Shown piece after piece: positions 60,690-64,000 of a DNA stretch of 64,000 nucleotides. A program made the position numbers and the translations under genes. How positions within the stretch are numbered: position 1 is the stretch's first letter; the number at the start of each line of letters is the position of its first letter. Under the pieces are notes generated by a model, which saw only the letters and a list, made by a program, of their open reading frames with translations, made no database searches and was not told the DNA's origin. Source of the DNA: Centroscyllium fabricii (lineage: Eukaryota); contig JBNRSN020000002.1 of the NCBI GenBank assembly GCA_051313645.2, positions 135,222,001 through 135,286,000 of the forward strand. The letters are read 5' to 3'.

Positions 60690-63600
60690 GTCGTTGTACA
60701 CATAGGAATCAACGACATAGGTAAAAAGAGGGATGAGGTCCTGCAACAAGAATTCAGGGAGCTAGGCAGAAAATTAAAGTGCAGGACCTCAAAGGTTGTA
60801 ATCTCTGGATTACTCCCTGTGCCACGATTTAGTGAGTATAGGAAAAGAAGGATAGAGCAGCTTAATACGTGGCTCAAGAGTTGGTGCAGGAGGGAGGGCT
60901 TTAGTTTCCTGGATAACTGGCCCTGTTTCTGGGAAAGGTGGGACTTGTATGGGGAGGACGGTCTCCACCTTAACCGGAGGGGGACCAATATCCTGGCGGG
61001 GAGGTTTGCTAGCATGGTTGGGGAGGGTTTAAACTAACTTGGCAGGGGGTTGGGATACGGAGTGGAGCAAAAATAGGGGGTGGCGAAAAGGCTAATATAG
61101 AGGAAAAAACAAGTAAGGAGGCTGAAAAAAGGGAAACAAGAAAAAAAGATAAAGACAGAAAGGAGAAAAGCAAAAGTATAAGGCAGGGAGATCAACGGGT
61201 AAAATCAAACAAGACCGCAGGTAATAAAAATGCACAATGGTCGGGTAAAGTGAAAAAAACAAGCCTGAAAACCTTGTATCTTAATGCAAGAAGCATTCGG
61301 AACAAGGTAGATGAATTATCTGTAGAAATAGAGGCAAACAAATATGATTTGGTTGCGATTACAGAAACATGGCTGCAGGGTGGACAAGGCTGGGAACTTA
61401 ACATTCCAGGGTATACAATATTTAGGAAAGATAGGCAAAAAATAAAGGGAGGTGGGGTGGCATTACTGGTGAGGGAGGGGATTAACTCAATTGAAAGGAC
61501 TGATATTAACTCAGATGATGCGGAATCTGTATGGGTAGAACTGAGGAATAGCAAGGGGCGAAAAATGTTGCTGGGAGTGGTATATAGACCGCCAAATAGT
61601 AATATGGAGGTTGGGGAAGGCATAAAAAGGGAAATTAAAGAAGCGTGCAATAAGGGCACAGCTGTCATCATGGGTGACTTTAATTTACATATAGATTGGA
61701 CTAGCCAGATTAGTAACAACACGATGGAGGAGGAATTTCTGGAGTGTATACGAGATGGTTTCCTGGACCAATATGTCGAGGAACCAACTCGGGATCAGGC
61801 CATCTTAGACTGGGTACTGTGCAATGAGAAGGGATTGATTAGCAATCTTGTTGTACGAGGCCCATTGGGGCGGAGCGATCATAATATGATCGAATTCTCA
61901 CTCAGAATGGAGAGGGAAGAAATTGACTCGGAGACTAAGGTCCTAAATTTAAGAAAAGTGAACTATGATGGTATGAGACGAGAGTTGGGTACAATTGATT
62001 GGGGGGTGTCGCTCAGGGGGCTGACGGTGGATCAACAATGGCAGGCATTCAAAGATCGAATGGAAGAAGCGCAGAGCTTGTTTATACCAGTTTGGAATAA
62101 AAATAAACCAAAAAAGGTGACTCAACCGTGGATAACAAGGGAAATTAGGGATAACATAAAAACCAAAGAAAGGGCGTATCAACTGGCCAAAAAAAGCAGC
62201 AAACCTGAAGATTGGAAACAATTCAGGATACAGCAAAGGAGGACAAAAGGATTAATTAAGAAGGGGAAAATAGATTATGAAAGAAGGCTTGCGGCAAACA
62301 TAAAAACTGACTGCAAAACCTTTTACAGATACATTAAAAGGAAGAGACTGGTGTAATCCAGAGTCGGGCCCCTGCAGTCCGAATCAGGAGATTATATAAT
62401 GGGGAACAAGGAAATGGCGGACCAATTAAATTCATATTTTGGTTCTGTCTTCACGGAGGAGGACACAAATAGCCTCCCAGAGATGTCGGGAAACATAGGG
62501 ACTAATGAGAGGGAGGAACTGAAAGAAATCAATATTTCTAAGGATATGGTGTCCGGGAAATTGAAAGGATTAAAGGCCGACAAATCCCAAGGGCCTGATA
62601 ATCTGCATCCTAGGGTGCTTAAGGAAGTGGCCCTGGAGATATCAGATGCTTTGAGGATCATTTTCCAGAACTCAATAGACTCTGGAATGGTGCCCAGTGA
62701 TTGGAGGGTAGCTAATGTTACCCCACTATTCAAAAAGGGGGGTAGAGAGAAGGCGGGTAATTATAGACCGGTAAGCCTTATATCGGTTGTGGGCAAAATG
62801 CTAGAGTCCATTATTAAGGACGTAATAGCAGATCACTTGACTAAGAGTGATGGGATCGGACACAGTCAACATGGATTTAGAAAAGGTAAATCATGCTTGA
62901 CTAATCTATTGGAATTCTTCGAGGATGTAACCGATAAAATAGATAGGGGAGAGCCAGTAGATGTGGTTTATCTGGACTTCCAGAAAGCCTTTGACAAGGT
63001 CCCTCATAGGAGATTGGCAGGCAAAATTAAGGCTCATGGGATTGGGGGCAAGGTATTGGTGTGGATAGAGAACTGGTTGGCAGATAGAAAACAGAGAGTT
63101 GGGATAAACGGGTCATTTTCTGATTGGCGGGCAGTGACTAGTGGGGTACCACAGGGGTCGGTACTGGGACCCCAGCTGTTCACAATATATATTAATGACC
63201 TGGATGAGGGAATTGGATGTAACATCTCCAAATTCGCAGATGACACTAAGCTTGGAGGGGGAGTATGCTCTGAGGAGGATGTCAGGAAGCTCCAGAGCGA
63301 CCTGGACAGATTGGGGGATTGGGCGAACACATGGCAAATGCACTATAATGTGGATAAATGTGAGGTTATCCACTTTGGTAGCAAAAACAGAAAGGCAGAG
63401 TATTATTTGAATGGCAATAGATTGGGAGATGGGGAAGTGCAAAGAGATCTGGGTGTTCTTGTGCACCAGTCACTGAAGGTGAGCATGCAGGTGCAGCAGG
63501 CGGTTAAAAAGGCAAATGGTATGTTGGCCTTTATAGCAAGAGGGTTTGAGTATAGGAATAGGGATGTGTTGCTGCAGCTGTACAGGGTCTTGGTGAGGCC

Positions 63601-64000
63601 ACACCTTGAGTATTGTGTGCAGTTTTGGTCGCCGCATCTGAGGAAGGATGTTCTTGCCATGGAGGGAGTACAGCGACGATTCACCAGGCTGATACCTGGG
63701 ATGGCAGGAATGACTTATGAGGAGAGATTGTGTAGTCTGGGCTTATACTCGCTGGAGTTTAGAAGATTAAGAGGGGATCTCATCCAGACTTATAAAATTC
63801 TGTCAGGCTTGGACAGGTTAGATGCAGAAAGGATGTTTCCGATGGCCGGGGAGTCGAGAACCAGGGGGCATAGTCTAAGGATAAGGGGTAAGCCTTGTAG
63901 GACTGAGATGAGGAGGAAATTCTTCACACAGAGTGGTGAACCTGTGGAATTCCTTGCCACAGAGGGCGGTGGAGGCCGGTTCATTGAATATATTCAAGAG
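60690..64000 (+). mobile_element. Second, 5'-truncated copy of the young CR1 family, inactivated, running off the window
   Basis: Colinear and nearly identical to 12535 onward. Nonsense change AAA>TAA at 62354-62356 and a 2-nt deletion near 63930. Confidence 0.95.

Overview
Vertebrate genomic DNA, very probably from a shark or other cartilaginous fish (HE1/V-SINEs, SacSINE1-like DeuSINE, HER1-like CR1 LINEs). The only host gene is a complete six-exon ISL1 (Islet-1, LIM-homeodomain, 348 aa, + strand, CDS 40998-48878), with a CCAAT/CRE promoter and a 3'UTR ending near 49970. It lies in a ~30 kb repeat-poor block (~29.4-59.6 kb). The first ~29 kb is a dense, nested stack of transposons: a Penelope-like insertion forming a 918-bp inverted repeat with minimal hammerhead ribozymes, RTEX-like and L2-like LINE pieces, SINEs, MITEs, an LTR element remnant with env-like segments, and a full-length CR1 LINE with intact ORFs (11.6-16.0 kb). 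A second, 5'-truncated copy of that CR1 runs off the right edge, preceded by a ~900-bp inverted tail-repeat array. The most notable signal is the CR1 ORF1/ORF2 junction. ORF1 ends in G_GGT_TTA_AAC_TAA, containing an in-phase U_UUA_AAC slippery heptamer. ORF2 is in the -1 frame, is open across the junction, and has no ATG until inside the endonuclease domain. This suggests a programmed -1 ribosomal frameshift producing an ORF1-ORF2 fusion protein. Family names rest on recalled motifs, not database searches.
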